In this document: positions 35,805 to 50,157 of the stretch, one piece after another | How positions within the stretch are numbered: the stretch's first letter is position 1 | How the letters are laid out: every line of letters starts with the position of its first letter | Origin: Octopus vulgaris | Lineage: Eukaryota | Length of the DNA: 64,000 nucleotides | Assembly (NCBI GenBank): GCA_951406725.2 | Contig: OX597827.1 | Location: forward strand, 5,456,001 to 5,520,000 | Direction: 5' to 3' | Made by a program: the position numbers and the translations under genes | Notes under the pieces: model-generated | Told to the model about the DNA's origin: nothing | Databases searched by the model: none | What the model saw: only the letters and a program-made list of their open reading frames with translations

Positions 35805-36175
35805 CCTATCTGTCTGTCTGTTTGTCTGTCTGGCTGCCTGCATGCCTGTCTGTCTGTCTAACTATGTTTCTGTCCACCCATCCACCCATCCACCCATCCC
35901 TCCTTCCATCCATCCATCCCTCCGTCTGTCTGTCTGTTTGTCTGTCTGGCTGCCTGCATGCCTGTCTGTCTGTCTAACTATGTTTCTGTCCACCCATCCA
36001 CCCATCCACCCATCTGTCCATCCATCCATCCATCCCTCCGTCTGTCTGTCTGTTTGTCTGTCTGGCTGCCTGCATGCCTGTCTGTCTGTCTAACTATGTT
36101 TCTGTCCACCCATCCACCCATCCATCCCTCCCTCCCTCCATCCATCCATCCCTGTCTGTCTGTCTGTCTAACTAT
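35805..36175. repeat. 116-bp tandem repeat (x3) built from TCTG/CCAT microsatellites
   Basis: ACTATGTTTC anchors at 35861, 35977 and 36093. Confidence 0.9.
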
Positions 36176-36679
36176 CTGTATGGATGTATGTGTGCGCATG
36201 TATACACACACTCTTATATAGTTTTTATGTTGAGTTATAATAAAACAATTTTTCCTCTTTGCACAGTACCTATTCATTATTGTGTTACAAGAAATACACA
36301 CACACACACACACACACACGTGCACACACTCACACATGCATATGCATGTGTGTGTGTGTGTGTATCAGTTTCATTGAAAATGCATTGGTTAGTCCTAGTC
36401 TGTTACAGAAAACCCAAGCTCAAAGTGACAGGTAATGGGATGGAATCCAAAACCATGTAGTTGATACGTGAACCAGTCAGCCACATGATCCTTTCTGTGC
36501 CTTGTATATATATTCCCCTTGTGACTTCTCCATTCCTACAATCTCACTGTCTTGTATAGTTTTAGGTGAGGAATCCATTTTTGTAGTACTGCAATACTTT
36601 TAAGAAGCATTCTAAAAGTAATCCAACCACTGTGTTCTTCTTTTATTCGTTTACTGGTTTTCAGTCATTGGACTGCTAT

Positions 36680-36830
36680 ATTTACGTTTTGAGTTCAAAT
36701 TCTGCAAATGTCAACTTTGACTTTCATTCTTTCAGGTCCAGTAAAATAAATACCAGTTGAAGACGGGATTGATGCGATCGACTTATCCCTCTCCCCTAAA
36801 ATTGCTGGCCTTGTGCCAAAATTTGAAATC
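36680..36830 (+). mobile_element. SINE family B fragment
   Basis: GAGTTCAAATTC...CAACTTTGACTTTCATTCTTTCAGG...AAATACCAGT. Confidence 0.65.
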
Positions 36831-37039
36831 AATATTTTCACCAGGCCCTTCTGTGGTTGATAAAATGAATAACAGTTAAATACTAGGGACTATAAATTTT
36901 TAGGGTACAAGCCCCATTGCTTATGGCAACTTTCTTATTAAACATGACAAACTGTAAATAGATATGAAGAAAGAATTAGCAAAACATATAAAAAGCTTGA
37001 GCGATTAAGACAATTGTCAGTAATATATGATGCTAGTAA

Positions 37040-37448
37040 TGAGAAAAAGAGTATGATTGTGAATGCAAGCAACCAAACTGGGGTTTCTCCAAAGGATCTC
37101 TACTTGACAGGGTGCATAGCTTGGAGACCAGGAAGTTTCTCCAGGTTTGAGCTGCAATTTTTCCACATTGAAAGGCCACAGCTCCAGTATTATGGACATG
37201 TGATTACAATGTCACTGGAAGGGATAACAAGACAGATTCTTCAAGCCAACCAAGAGGTGACCTAAGGGTGGAGCAAGTGTGAGATGGTTGGATATTATCC
37301 ATAGTTACTGTTGGTCTTGTTTGGGAATCCAGCAGGAAAGTCTAATGGTGGTTGCTTCTGATAGAATCATATAGAGGCGAAGTATGAGGATTGATTCATC
37401 CCTCATGACTTTGCCAGGAATAGTGGACAGAGAAGATGAATGGATGGA
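37040..37448 (+). pseudogene. 3' end of a Rex3/Expander-type RTE LINE
   Basis: HIERPQLQYYGHVITMSLEGITRQILQA, PKGGASVRWLDII...WSCLGIQQESLMVVASDR and a GATG-type tail match the RTE motifs QLRWxGHVxRM, RPRGRPxxRWxD and WxRLGI. Confidence 0.8.
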
Positions 37449-38466
37449 GTAAAGAACAAGATGGATGCATAGGTTGGCTAGACTTCGTCAAGGGGGGTTT
37501 TCTACAAACTGATACCCTTTTTGATGCCAAACCTTATCTGTTCAAAGCAAGAAAAATAATTAATAGACAACTGATGTCAGCAATACAGATATTATCTGGA
37601 GAAACTACTAAATAAATAATAGTAAAAATAGTGGGAATATTTTATTTATTAATCAGAATATTTTATTTATTAATCTATTTTATTTATTAATCAGAACTGA
37701 AATGTAATGCCCATATCTCTTTACTGCTTCTTTGTGATTAGTGTCAGGAAAGGGGAAATGGATACACAGCTGGAGAACTAACCCCAAATTTTGAAACAGA
37801 GTGGAGTCTAATAAAAGTACCAAAAATACCAGGCAATGCCTTTAAACTAGGTGATAGAGTGAAGTATAACCACCCAAGTAGATCGTGCTGGAATTTGAAC
37901 ACAGAATGCAAAGAACTAGAACAAATACCACAAGGTATTCTGACTAATGCTTTAACATTTCTACAAATCCACTGTCCATTACTGGTATTATATTACATAT
38001 ATTGATCCTGGAAGTTGACCTTGCTGGGATTTGAACTAAGAATTCAGAACACTAACATAAATATTATATTACATTTTGTCCAACAGTCTAACTAATCTCA
38101 CAATTTACTGCCTTGAAATGCCAGTTGAAATGGATATGGATGAGTATAGAAAGAATAAATATTCTCTTAAAATCCCCTTATAAAAACAATTTCACCAAAT
38201 TCCAAGATTAAGACAGACAAAAACAAATAGGTATTGTTGAAAAGGATTTCAAGAGTTTTTATAGAATGTTTGGAGCCACATGTTCCAGGAAAGTAATTGA
38301 ATAGTAAAGAAATTTAGAAGTAGATATATCTGTCAGGAAATCAGAAATTGATCTCATCTCAAAGGATTGTTATTAGCCAATACACACACATGCATCTGTC
38401 TGTCTCTCTTTCTCTGTGGACACACATGCATACATACATACATACATACATACATACATACATACA

Positions 38467-38537
<71 letters not shown>

Positions 38538-41496
38538 GGAGAGAGAGCAAGAGATAAGACACAAGAGAATGTTATCGTTTGGTGATTTCCCAGAAGTATT
38601 GGAAATATTTCATGTAACAGTAATTGAGAAGTTAAATAGATTATGCAATTTTTCAGTTTTTAAGCTGTAGCAAATCCTGATTCTTTTTTCTTTGGTTGAC
38701 TTAAAAATGGTGGTAAAAAATATCAACAAAGTTGTGAGAATGAAATGAAAAATCTATTAAAATGGTTATTATATGTGTTCTAACCTGAAGAATATCGGTA
38801 ACTGCATGCTAAAGTGTTAAAAAAGATAAGAATTGTTTTGAAAAGTCTCAAAAGTTTTGAAAAAAAAAAAATTGAATAGTGAAAGAGAATAAAAAACAGT
38901 AACACTTTTGTTTTATTTTAATCCGTGTTATCCCAATTTACATTAAAGTGGGGTATTAATCCAATTTGGACAAACAGTTAAAGACTATTAAGAACTATAT
39001 AGGTATATATTAAAAGCAAAAGATATGAGGCTGTAGGTGGAGGATCAATAGTTTTGAAATAGCAATTCTGGAGTAGGTTTTAAATCTATTATTCTTTTAG
39101 TGGATTCAATTATCAGACTGTAGTTGCTTGACAGAATTTTTAGCATGTTGGACAAAATACTTTGCAGTATTTATTAACAGTTCTTTACTTTCTGAGATCA
39201 AATCCTCTTGAAGTCGTCTTTGTCTTTTATCCTTCTAAGGTCGTAGAATAAAATCTTAGATAAATACTAGAGCCTACCCTACAATATTGCATTTATTTGT
39301 GCCAATGACAGAGACCAAAATTAGGTTTGCATAGGTAATTTCTTAGGATAGAAACAAGGGCAGAATAAATGCACAAGAAAAGAGATTGGTTCAAGTAAAA
39401 TTTCTTTGAAGATTTGAATTACAAAATTGCTTTGATGACAGAAACTAGAAATGAATGATGTGAATGAAGCAACTAGTTGATATGGGGGATATTTCCCCCA
39501 ACATATTTTTTCAGGTTTTATAGTGAAACACCAAAAAAAAAAAAACAGTCTGAGAAAAACTAGAGACAGCAGTGGTTTGTCAGCAACAATTTTTCAATAA
39601 AGTTCATGCGTTTGGATAAATCTGTGTACTACAAAGAGTGGGGAATTTAACATTCTAGGATGGTCTCTGCATTTGAGAAGGGAGTTTTCCACAAAAAGAG
39701 GTCAAAGAAATTACAGCTTTTCTTCCATCTCACAATTGTGTGAAAGCTTAACTATAATCAAGAGTAGGTACATAAAATAACCAGATATGGAGAAAACCAG
39801 GAAGCTGACACAGGTTGTTGTCTAGTATGATAAACTGTTAACATCTCAAACTTTATCATGTCTGGCATTGTTAGTGCATCTCTTGTGAAGAATATAGTGT
39901 AGGAGGGTTGACTTCTCGAGAACAATAAGTATGTATCAGTTGTTACTTATTTAATTTACAGAATTCAAATCCTTCCTCGATCAACTTTGTCATCCTCTTG
40001 GGATTGATAAAATAAAGTACCAGTCGAGTACTGGGGTTAGTGTAATTATTTGTTCTTTCTCCTAAAATTTCTGGACTTGTGCCAATGTAAGAAATCAATT
40101 CTATTCAGTTTTGTATTAAACTCTTAATGAGGTGCATGTGATTGGCTTTTTCTACTTAATAACCCATTTCCAGGCATTTTCATAAGTCTTGCATGAAATT
40201 TGTTTTTGGTTAATTCTAGGCTCTTTCTAACTAGTATTCTAATTCTAGGCACAGTTTTATGAATTTTTGCATGAAATTTATTTTTGGTTATAAACATTGC
40301 TGAAAATCTTTGTTTACAAGTCAAGAGGAAAAGGAAAAGGCTTTTCACACATTTTTTTACACACATGAGTTGTGTTTATAGTTGGTTTTGATTACTACAA
40401 AATTTCTGTTTTTTATGAACCTCACACAACCCTCATCTTCTCTTGCGTAACCTGGTTAGAGAAACTCCAGCGAAGGATATGGCAAGATGAATTCAAACAC
40501 CCAGACTTCTATAATGCAGCAGCACCATTGAAAATAACAAAATTAATAAAATATTTATTACGTTAATTATAAATCTATGCTGATTTCCTCCTTAAGTTGC
40601 TCCAACCGTCAGACTGTTCTTTCCTTCTACAATGCCATATAATATCAATCAGGAGTGCAGGGTGGAGATTAACAACTTGGAAGAGGTCATGCGATTACCA
40701 ATACATGGACTGCTTAAATTAATATGCTAATGATACCATGATAACTTTTATTTTTATCTACAGTTTTCATTTTTCTTTTTCACCATTTGAACATGGATTG
40801 GATGGTTCTATAAATTTGGATATTTTATGCACTATTGGAGCTGATGTCTTTACAACTGAATGCTCTTTCAAACATTTCAACCAAGAAATTGCAATGGAGC
40901 TGGTTGGCTAAGAAACTAGAATAATTAACATGACAATGAGATTGAAAAATAATTCAAAATTATAATCCTTAACTACTTTCAACAGCTAGTTTTAATGACT
41001 TTCATAAAATTAAGGCCAATTTTAGTTGATTTATATAAAATAATTCCAAACCAAAAATTTTTTACAGTTTAATAAAATCAATACATTTTCTCATTTACTC
41101 ACTTGAAACTTTAAAATGTTTTCTATAAACTATTTATATCAATTAATTAAAAAAAAACCCAGAACAGTGAAACATTATGACTAACAACTAGTTTGCCACA
41201 CTTGTTTCAGTGAGTGTTGAAAATATAGGCAATTGTGTAACACAGATAAGGATTCTTCCTAATGTTAGCAACAAGACTTTGAGGCAAATTTAGGGTCCCT
41301 TTTCTGCTGATTCAAGTAAATCTAATTGAATAATTTGCCTCATATATATACACACGAAGAAAATCTGCACAGGCCAGCAATGATCATCCTGCTTTTTGTG
41401 CATCTCTAAAATTTGAGGTGGACTTGACTGCTAATTTTAGCAGATCAAATAACCACATAGAGGCACTCTTATAGAATTCACAACATTGTGTACATA

Positions 41497-41710
41497 TTGG
41501 TTTAAAATTTTGGCACAAGGCCAGCAACTCTGGGAGATGGGGTAAGTCGATAACATTGACCCCAGTGATTAACTGGTAATTTTGTATTGACCCAGGAAGG
41601 ATGAAAGGCAAAGTTGACTTTGATGGAATTTGAAAGCAGAACATAAAGATGGACGAAAAGTTCCAAAGCATTTTATCCAAGATGCTAACAATTCTTCCAA
41701 CTCACTGCCT
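41497..41710 (-). mobile_element. SINE family B
   Basis: Reverse match; lies inverted relative to 41858-42065. Confidence 0.75.
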
Positions 41711-41857
41711 TCTTACTGGCAAATGAATTTTTTCAGCTTGCTAGATATTATACTTTAGTTTGTAACCTTGCATGTATGGGTGCAAAAGCTGCTCAAAGAG
41801 AGAGAGATGTGAACAATACCTAACATAGGTCACATTTTTGGAAACACAGTAAATTGT

Positions 41858-42065
41858 TACGTTAGCATGCTGGGCGAAATGCTTAGCAGTATTTCGTCTG
41901 TCTTTACGTTCTAAGTTCAAATTCCGCCGAGGTCGACTTTGCCTTTCATCCTTTCGGGGTCGATAAATTAAGTACCAGTTACGCACTGGGGTCGATGTTA
42001 TCGACTCAATCTGTTTGTCTGTCTTTGTTTGTCCCCTCTATGTTTAGCCCCTTGTGGGTAATAAA
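41858..42065 (+). mobile_element. SINE family B, slightly 5'-truncated
   Basis: GGTCGACTTTGCCTTTCATCCTTTCGGGGTCGATAAATTAAGTACCAG (Deu/Nin-like block). Confidence 0.85.
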
Positions 42066-42475
42066 AAACAAAATTTTCTACTCCAAAAGAAGACTAACAT
42101 ATTTCGGCAATGTTGTTGGCATATGGTCAAACATTGTAATTTGAAATAGTTTATTTATGATTTTCTACAAGAATTCTCAAACATATTCATCAGATTTAAA
42201 TTAGCATAACTGCATTAAATAAATTTGGTTTGGTTATTACTAGCATTAATTATGCCTTTTCTGGATGTCTTGGTTTTAACCTGAAGTTAGTGCTCTGACA
42301 GTGGTTTACTGATGAATGTCTAGATTATAGATCTTACTCTGTACGACATACAATATATTCGATAGTGTCATCATAAATTTCACTTTTATATGAAATAGAT
42401 AACTGAAATTTGGACTCCAAGATCCCCCTTCATTTCTATATTACTGCAAACTTGAAGATATATATATATATATAT

Positions 42476-42670
42476 AGGGAGAGTTTACGAAAAAAACAAA
42501 AGACGAAGACAGGTGATGTACAAAACAAACAGATGTATTAGTATAACGCTCATGAATAGAAAAAGTCTTTTATGGTTCAAGCCTACGCTCTTCTACAGAA
42601 AGGGACACAGAAAAAATAAGGAGAGAAACAAGGAGAGAAAAAAATGTGTGTAGTGGCTAACAATCTATCA
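42476..42670 (-). mobile_element. Short PLE-type terminal repeat with a variant hammerhead (42567-42602)
   Basis: Between (TA) tracts, same layout as family F. CUUU-CUGUAGA-A-GAGC GUAG GCUU-GAAC-CA-UA-AAAG. Confidence 0.6.
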
Positions 42671-43314
42671 CACATATATATATTTATAAACGACAAAATA
42701 AAGTGAAAAAACTACAGAAGACTTGTGTTATGTCGTTAAAGAATATATTTAAATCTTTATTTTAGAAAAATGTTATAAAATTTTGTGTATAACATGTTTT
42801 GCTCAAGAACACAGCACATTGCCCAGTTCAGAAAGCAAAACCAGAATCTCATGATCATGAGCACAACACCCAAACTACTAAGTTGTGCACCTCCAGTATA
42901 TGTATATACTGATATATCTGATATATTTGTGTGCGTGTGAGTGTGTGTGTGTGCATGTACGTTTGTGAGTACATGCAAACACACACACACACATAACATT
43001 ATTATAACATTTTGATCGGTTGAAATACTCCAATAAACTAAGAATACATAAGCATGTTTATTATGTGTGTATATTATTAAAAGGTTATTCATGCAATTAT
43101 ATTATTGCTTATATTTAGTTATTGATTTCTACTTATTATATAGTATAGTATTATATATTCATATATTTAGATGTATATTGGGATAGGACACCTAATATTT
43201 ATATGTAAGCCTGTGTTATATTTATATGTATTATATTATTTGGTTAATTAGTAAAGGTAAATACTCAATATTGTTATTAAGCCTATATCTAAGTATTATA
43301 TAATATAGTATATA

Positions 43315-43569
43315 TCTTTATATATAAAATTGAAGTTGTGTGTCCGTCTCCTACGATTTAGATTACTAACTACTCCCACATTTTGCAGTGCAGTTTAACC
43401 AAAAGCGGGTATCTTATAGTCGTGATTCATATCGAGCCCTTCTTGGTATTAGCGCGCGTCTACGATGATTCTACGATTTTTTGCTATTATATAAGGGAAG
43501 TAACTCTCTAAAATTGCTTATATAGTTATTTCCCTTACAAACCCGAGCAATGCCGGGCGATACTGCTAG
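43315..43569 (+). mobile_element. Non-autonomous Helitron (copy 2)
   Basis: A|TC...CCCGAGCAATGCCGGG hairpin...CTAG|T. Confidence 0.9.
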
Positions 43570-43673
43570 TTATTTATATTTATGTTGTTTTAACCTATGT
43601 ATGGTTGATATTTTAATCTAGATTAGAAAGTATTATATTATCTGACAGATAGTAAAGGTCAATATTTGATATC

Positions 43674-43845
43674 ATTATTAAAATGAAATTTAAGCATTAT
43701 ATAATATAAAATATGTTATTATTAAAATGAAATTTAAGCATTATATAATATAAAATATGTTATTATTAAAATGAAATTTAAGCATTATATAATATAAAAT
43801 ATGTTATTATTAAAATGAAATTTAAGTATTATATAATATATATAT
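43674..43845. repeat. 44-bp AT-rich minisatellite (~4 copies)
   Basis: AAATGAAATTTAAG at 43681, 43725, 43769 and 43813. Confidence 0.9.
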
Positions 43846-44409
43846 AACATTTAGTATATGTTATTTATATTTATATTTTTTTAGTTATTTAAATCTGTTT
43901 GGTATTTAAATTCATGTATAGTTATTATATTATATTATTACACATACACACACATGTATTCAAACACTAGCATAAATTTTATTTCACTTTTATGCTATTT
44001 TATTCATTCTGTATTTTTACTCTTATATACTCATTAGTTATGATTATTATTGAGTTAAAAACAAAAATAACAATTTTAATGCATGCATGCACACACACAT
44101 ACCACATAATAATCTCTAGCACAAAGACTGTCCTCCACGTGATTTTCTACAAACCACTTGATAATATTTCCACATTTGATTCCCAGTTCTAATAATTTTT
44201 ATGATATTTTACGTCTAATTATTTCTTTGTATAATAGTACTCACTGCTTAGTAAATATTGCTTTCATTATTTTATCACAGTCATAATCTCTCTTTTTTTT
44301 AAACAAACATCAAGGTAGTCCAACTACAGTTGGTGGAGCAGTTTGTCAAGTTTTACCTTTCCCTCAAAGCAACATAGAGATCCCCATTCAGCAGCCCATC
44401 TGTAAGCAT

Positions 44410-44452
<43 letters not shown>

Positions 44453-44460
44453 TGTGTGTG

Positions 44461-44504
<44 letters not shown>

Positions 44505-45076
44505 AAAGAGAACATTGCAAACAATGAATGAGATAAACATGAAATGAAAAACTCATATAAATAAAAGAGCCTAACTACAGATGTGTATGCCCCTGACTTT
44601 GTTACCTCATAACATCCAGAAAAATGTACTTTTTAACAAAATTTTCTACAAATACTGCTTAGATGTTGTGGCTTCAGAGTATATAGAAATTTATGGGAAA
44701 GAATTTTTCCGAGGGAGTGGAAAGAGGAGTTTGTGAAAATTCACACAATCTGACTTTTTCCCTCATAACTTTCAGGAAAATGGGTATCTTTTAATGAAAG
44801 TTTTTTTCAAACACCTTTCGAATGGCACAGATGCTAAAGAAATTTGTGCAAATGAACATGGAAAACTGTGCAGCGAATACAACGAATATTTAAATTTGTG
44901 AAAATTTGAAGTTCAAAAATTCAATAAAGTTCAGAAATCGAAATTATAAGAAACTTCTTGGAACATGAATTTATAAAAATATTTCCAGACAATCAAGCCT
45001 TTAATAATTGCTTTCCTTCAGTACTTTTAGTAACTATAACATACCTAATTAATAAGCAGCTTTTTCTATTATAATA

Positions 45077-45307
45077 TGTTTCTTTACTACCCACAAGGGG
45101 CTAAACATAGAGGGGACAAACAAAGACAGACAAACGAATTAAGTCGATTACATCGACCCCAGTGTGTAACTGTTACTTTATTTATCGACCCCAAAAGGAT
45201 GAAAGGCAAAGTCTACCTCGACGGAATTTGAACTCAGAACGTAACGGCAGACGAAATACCGCTAAGCATTTCGCCCGGCGTGCTAACGTTTCTGCCAGCT
45301 CGCCGCC
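45077..45307 (-). mobile_element. SINE family B, full length
   Basis: Reverse complement of the 31347 type. Confidence 0.9.
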
Positions 45308-45689
45308 TTTATAATATAGAAGTTACTTATGTATTCTTAGTCTCTCTGAGTATTTCAACCAATCAAAATGCAATATCTGTATTGTCCTTTTTCATACCCT
45401 GAAGATTTTCCACTCAAGGCATTTTGAAATGCAAACTTGTATATTTAAATATGTTTTGTAATTTAAATTGGATGTGAAATGAAACAGTTGTAGGCAATGA
45501 TGATAATTAATTGATAAATTAATTTATATTCATTGAATCTCTCCATTTTCAAACTTAATAATATTTCGTATTTCATATTTTATAATACGTTCATTAAAGA
45601 AATATGTACTCTCTGTACATTTTTTTACTTCTTTTATTTCATTTATAACACTACTGGCAAGGATAAGAAACAGTTTTCCTATATGCATG

Positions 45690-45721
<32 letters not shown>

Positions 45722-46308
45722 CTATCTCTCTCTCTCACACACACATATATATACATGTATATACATTGAAGTACAACATGATCCAAAATTGGAGTGCAAC
45801 TAATGATGAGACATCAGAGAGAGAAGGGTAGCAATATTATAAGATACCATAACTAACAGAGATACTAACAGAGGTAGACACAACTATTTAAAAGATGGAA
45901 TTAGATGACAGGATGATAGAAAGAGCAAAACTCAAACCATTAAGGATGACAAATTCTAATTGGCTTCGGAAACTGATTCTAACCTGCATGGAAATAAAAG
46001 GATGATGTGGGAAATTCCTCATCGTCATTGTTTTCCCTGCAACTGCCATGAACACTATCATCCCCATAACCATTTTAATGTCCACTTTTCCATGTTTACA
46101 TGGGTCACATGGAAATCACTGAAGCAGGTTTTCTATGACTGAATTCCCTTCCTGTTGCTTACTCTTACCTTTGTCCTAGCAAAAGTATTTTTCACCATGG
46201 CTAGACATGTTTCAACAGAAGAGTGGAAATTAACAACACCGCTTTTGTGACAGTGACACTCATTTACAACTATTTCACAATTTTAAAACAAGAAGATACA
46301 AACTCACA

Positions 46309-46355
<47 letters not shown>

Positions 46356-47736
46356 ACACACACACATGTGCACCAGACTTCTTTCACTTTCTATCTTCTA
46401 AATCCCTTTGTAGATTTGTGTCTACTGAAAAGTGTCTTCCACTTAGTAGAATACAAGACACTTTTCCAAAGGTCATACAGTGGGATTGAATCTGAAACCA
46501 TGTTGTTGGGAAGCAAAATTGTTAATCACACAACTACCAGCAGTATCTCTATTGATGCAAGGAAAATAATCCAAAGCACATTTGAACAAAGACAGTGCTA
46601 GAGAAGAGATGTAAAATCATATCAAATCCACTATAGACAAAGAAAATGTGAAGATTAAGAAGATTGAATGATGAAATTTTTTTTAATGCATAAAGCAATG
46701 TATATAAACAAATAAAAAAAATGCTCGTATGTAGACTAGACAAGGAGTTTAACAAAAAACAAGGGTTAAAAAACATGATTTTAAACAATTAAATCGAAAG
46801 GTTATTTGTATGTTCTGAAGAATAAAATGTATGCAGAATGAAATACTTCAGAGACGTGGACAGCTTCAGTCACAATGGTGACAATTAAAATTTTGGTAGG
46901 TTTCATTCCTGGAGAAAGAAATGTTAAGAAGAAAGTATGAATTTGCTAAGAACTATTAAAAAATAAAGTGACTAAATTGTTATTGATGTTCAGCTTGAAT
47001 TGACAAATTCTACAGATCTTACACGAATAATGTGATTGGAAAATATCCATGATTATGGAACTTATTTTTAAGTGCTGTAACAAGGGAAATATCTGCTAAG
47101 CTATGGCAGTGAGTCAACAGAGTCATTAGAACATTGGATAGAATGCCTCATAATTCTCTCTGCCCTTGGTGGAAATCCAGCTAAAGTTAACTAAGGGTCA
47201 ATAAAAAAGTACAAATCCAGAGCAGTGGATTGATTGAACAGGTACACCCTGACATGCCTTCACCACCATATCTCTTTTCCAGTAAGGATAGTCATGTATC
47301 TCCTCTACAGCAAGACACCTATTTCTCTTAACTCTATCATACGTTTAACCTCTCATCACCTTCCACAAAACCACCACCTTCAGTACTACTCCTGACATAA
47401 CTAAAGGGTTGCATCTTGTGAGTTACTTGTTGACCTCACTGGTACCAGTGCCACAGGAAAAACAAAAGCACTCAGTACATTCTGTAAAGTGGTTGGTGTC
47501 AGGAAGAGCATCCAGCTATAGAAATTATATTAAAGCAGACATTTAATGTATACCTTTGTCTATTTGTGTCTTTTTTGTCACCCAGCCATGCAGTAACTAC
47601 TTGACAACTGGTGTTGGTTTGTTTATGTCCCTGTAACTTAGTGGTTCAGCAAAAGAGACCAATAGAATAAGTACTGGTTTCAAAATAGACATAAGTACTG
47701 TGTTAAATTTGTCTGACTAAAATCCTTCAAGGCATA

Positions 47737-47927
47737 GGCATAGGAGTGGTTGTATGGTAAATAGCTTACTTACAAACCACATGGTTCTGGGTTCAGTCCC
47801 ACTGCGTGGCACCTTGGGTAAGTGTCTTCTACTATCACCTTGGGCCGACCAAAGCCTTGTGAGTAGATTTGGTAGATGGAAACTGAAAGAAGCCCGTCGT
47901 ATATATATATATATATATATGTGTTTA

Positions 47928-47985
<58 letters not shown>

Positions 47986-48192
47986 GGTTTGTTCTCTCAC
48001 CATCGCTTGACAACCGATGCTGGTGTGTTTACATCTCTGTAACATTGCGGTTTGAAAAAAAAAGAGACCAATAGAATAAGTACTAGGCTTACAAAGAATA
48101 AGTCCTGGGGTCAATTTGCTCGACTAAAGGTGGCGCTCCTGCATGGCCACAGTCAAATGACTGAAACAAGTAAAAGTGTAAAAGCGTAAAAG
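47737..48192 (+). mobile_element. SINE family A nested in an older family A tail (about 47545-48250)
   Basis: AAGGCA direct repeat at 47729-47734 and 48193-48198; the host tail resumes after it. Confidence 0.85.
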
Positions 48193-48654
48193 AAGGCAGT
48201 TCCCTAGTATGGCTGCAGACAATGACTAAAATAACTAAAATATAAAAGATAGACATTATATTTTTTTATCTATATTTACTTAATTTTATATAATTTTATT
48301 TTATATCATTAATATTTTATTTTATTGAAGTTTTATTCTCTCAGTAATATTTTATCCAGGCAAAATAAGGTTAAAGAAAGAACTAATACAAAAGTTGTAT
48401 TCTTAACTTTGGAGTTGTTTGTAAGTGGGATTAAGGTTTTGAGACAAATGATGAAATCCTGTGTCAAAAATGGATTACAATTGCCGAAACTGAAGATGAA
48501 AATGGCTGTACACGTATTTTGCATGTCAAACTATCATCAACTAAAACCTAGAATTAGATAGATTCCTCTTGTAGCAGTAGATAAGTCATATCCATCTTGT
48601 GTTAATAATATTTTGGCTTCATCTTTTGGTCAGCTTGTTACATTCCAAAAATAG

Positions 48655-49282
48655 TTTTGTGGTTGTGTGGTAAGAAGCTTGCTTCCCAACCACACGGTAC
48701 CGTGTTCAGTCCCACTGTGTGGCACCTTGGGCAAGTATCTTCTACTACATCCCCAGGCCACTCAAATCCTTGTGAGTGGTTTTGCTAGATGGAAACTGAA
48801 AGAAACCTGTCACACACACACACACACACATGTATCTATGGGTGTGTCTTCACTTTTATGTCTGTCCACCATCAACACTGGATAACTAGAGTTGGTTTGT
48901 TTATGTTCCTGAAAATTAACACTTTGTCATAAGAGGCTGTCAGAAGAGGTACCAGACTTTAAGCCTTTAGCATCCAGATTAATCTGTCAAATCTAATCTT
49001 CATTGTTTTGAATTAATCATGCATTAATCTTGTAGGTTTGAGGTTTCAATGATGTAACTATTTATATTTATAATGACATTGTAGGGTAGAAGTGAGAGAC
49101 CAGATTTGGTCAGTTTGAACATAGAATAGGTTGAATATTTCACCCAGTTTAAATGACGAGTTTAAATGCCAAAGGGTTAAGTATAAGCACTGAAGTCGAT
49201 TTGTTCAACTAAAAAAAAAAACCCTTCAGGGTGGTGCCCCAGCATGGCCATAGTCCAATGACTGAAATAAGTAAAGATGAAA
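48655..49282 (+). mobile_element. Old SINE family A interrupted by a MITE
   Basis: Head at 48655-48810; tail resumes at 49181 after the TTAA. Confidence 0.75.
48963..49176. mobile_element. piggyBac-type MITE (family I)
   Basis: TTAA at both ends; (G)CCTTTAGCAT / ATGCCAAAGGG termini; homologous to 51365-51585. Confidence 0.8.
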
Positions 49283-49513
49283 AATTTCACTGAAATAATC
49301 CCATTGCCAATATAATTTAGCCAAATCCCAAAACATAGCATCATAGCAATGTGTTTCTATGGTCTATGCTTAAATGAACAGATTAACTGGTGCTTTTAAA
49401 TTATCAATCATGATTGACTGATAATATATACAAGACCAAATAGGACATTTGGATTACAGCGAGATGACAAAGAACTGTGTACATATGCTTCACATGTGTG
49501 GAAGGCATGTATA

Positions 49514-49582
<69 letters not shown>

Positions 49583-49592
49583 GAATATATAA

Positions 49593-49635
<43 letters not shown>

Positions 49636-49750
49636 TATACATACTCATTCATTTGCTGGTGTGTGTATTTTTTATATTTGTGTGTGTGTGTGTTTGTGTG
49701 CATGTACATGTGTATGTGGTGTGTGTTTTATGTGTATGTATATGTGTGTG

Positions 49751-49783
<33 letters not shown>

Positions 49784-50157
49784 TTGTACAGAGAGTCAAC
49801 AGATGAGACTGAGAGCATTTCAGTATGGAAAACAGTAGCGCCAAAATGATTTGGACTTACACTCTGATATCTTCACCAAGAACCAACTCAAAAAAGTAAA
49901 GAGTGGCTTTTAAGAGAATCCAAGTCAACAGAGAAAAGAGTGGCTATAAACAGAATCCAAGCCAGCAAATATAGAGACAATGATTGAAATAAACATATAA
50001 AATCTTGGGTTTTAATGTACAAAATATATATATACATGTATACATGTGAAAAAGGAAGTTTAAATCAAAATTTTTAGATGATAAACAATCATGTAAAAAT
50101 ATAAATTTTTTATAGAGCACACTTACTCAGATTACATAGAAGGAAGACGGCATTAAA

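Noticed and set aside
40450-40560. LEKLQRR motif suggesting a LINE RT remnant
   Set aside because: A single short motif without supporting downstream residues.
48345-48560. Possible exon (CCAG|...TTT|GTAAGT at 48360-48420) and a protein-like downstream frame
   Set aside because: Splice signals of this strength are common in AT-rich DNA; no recognisable homology.
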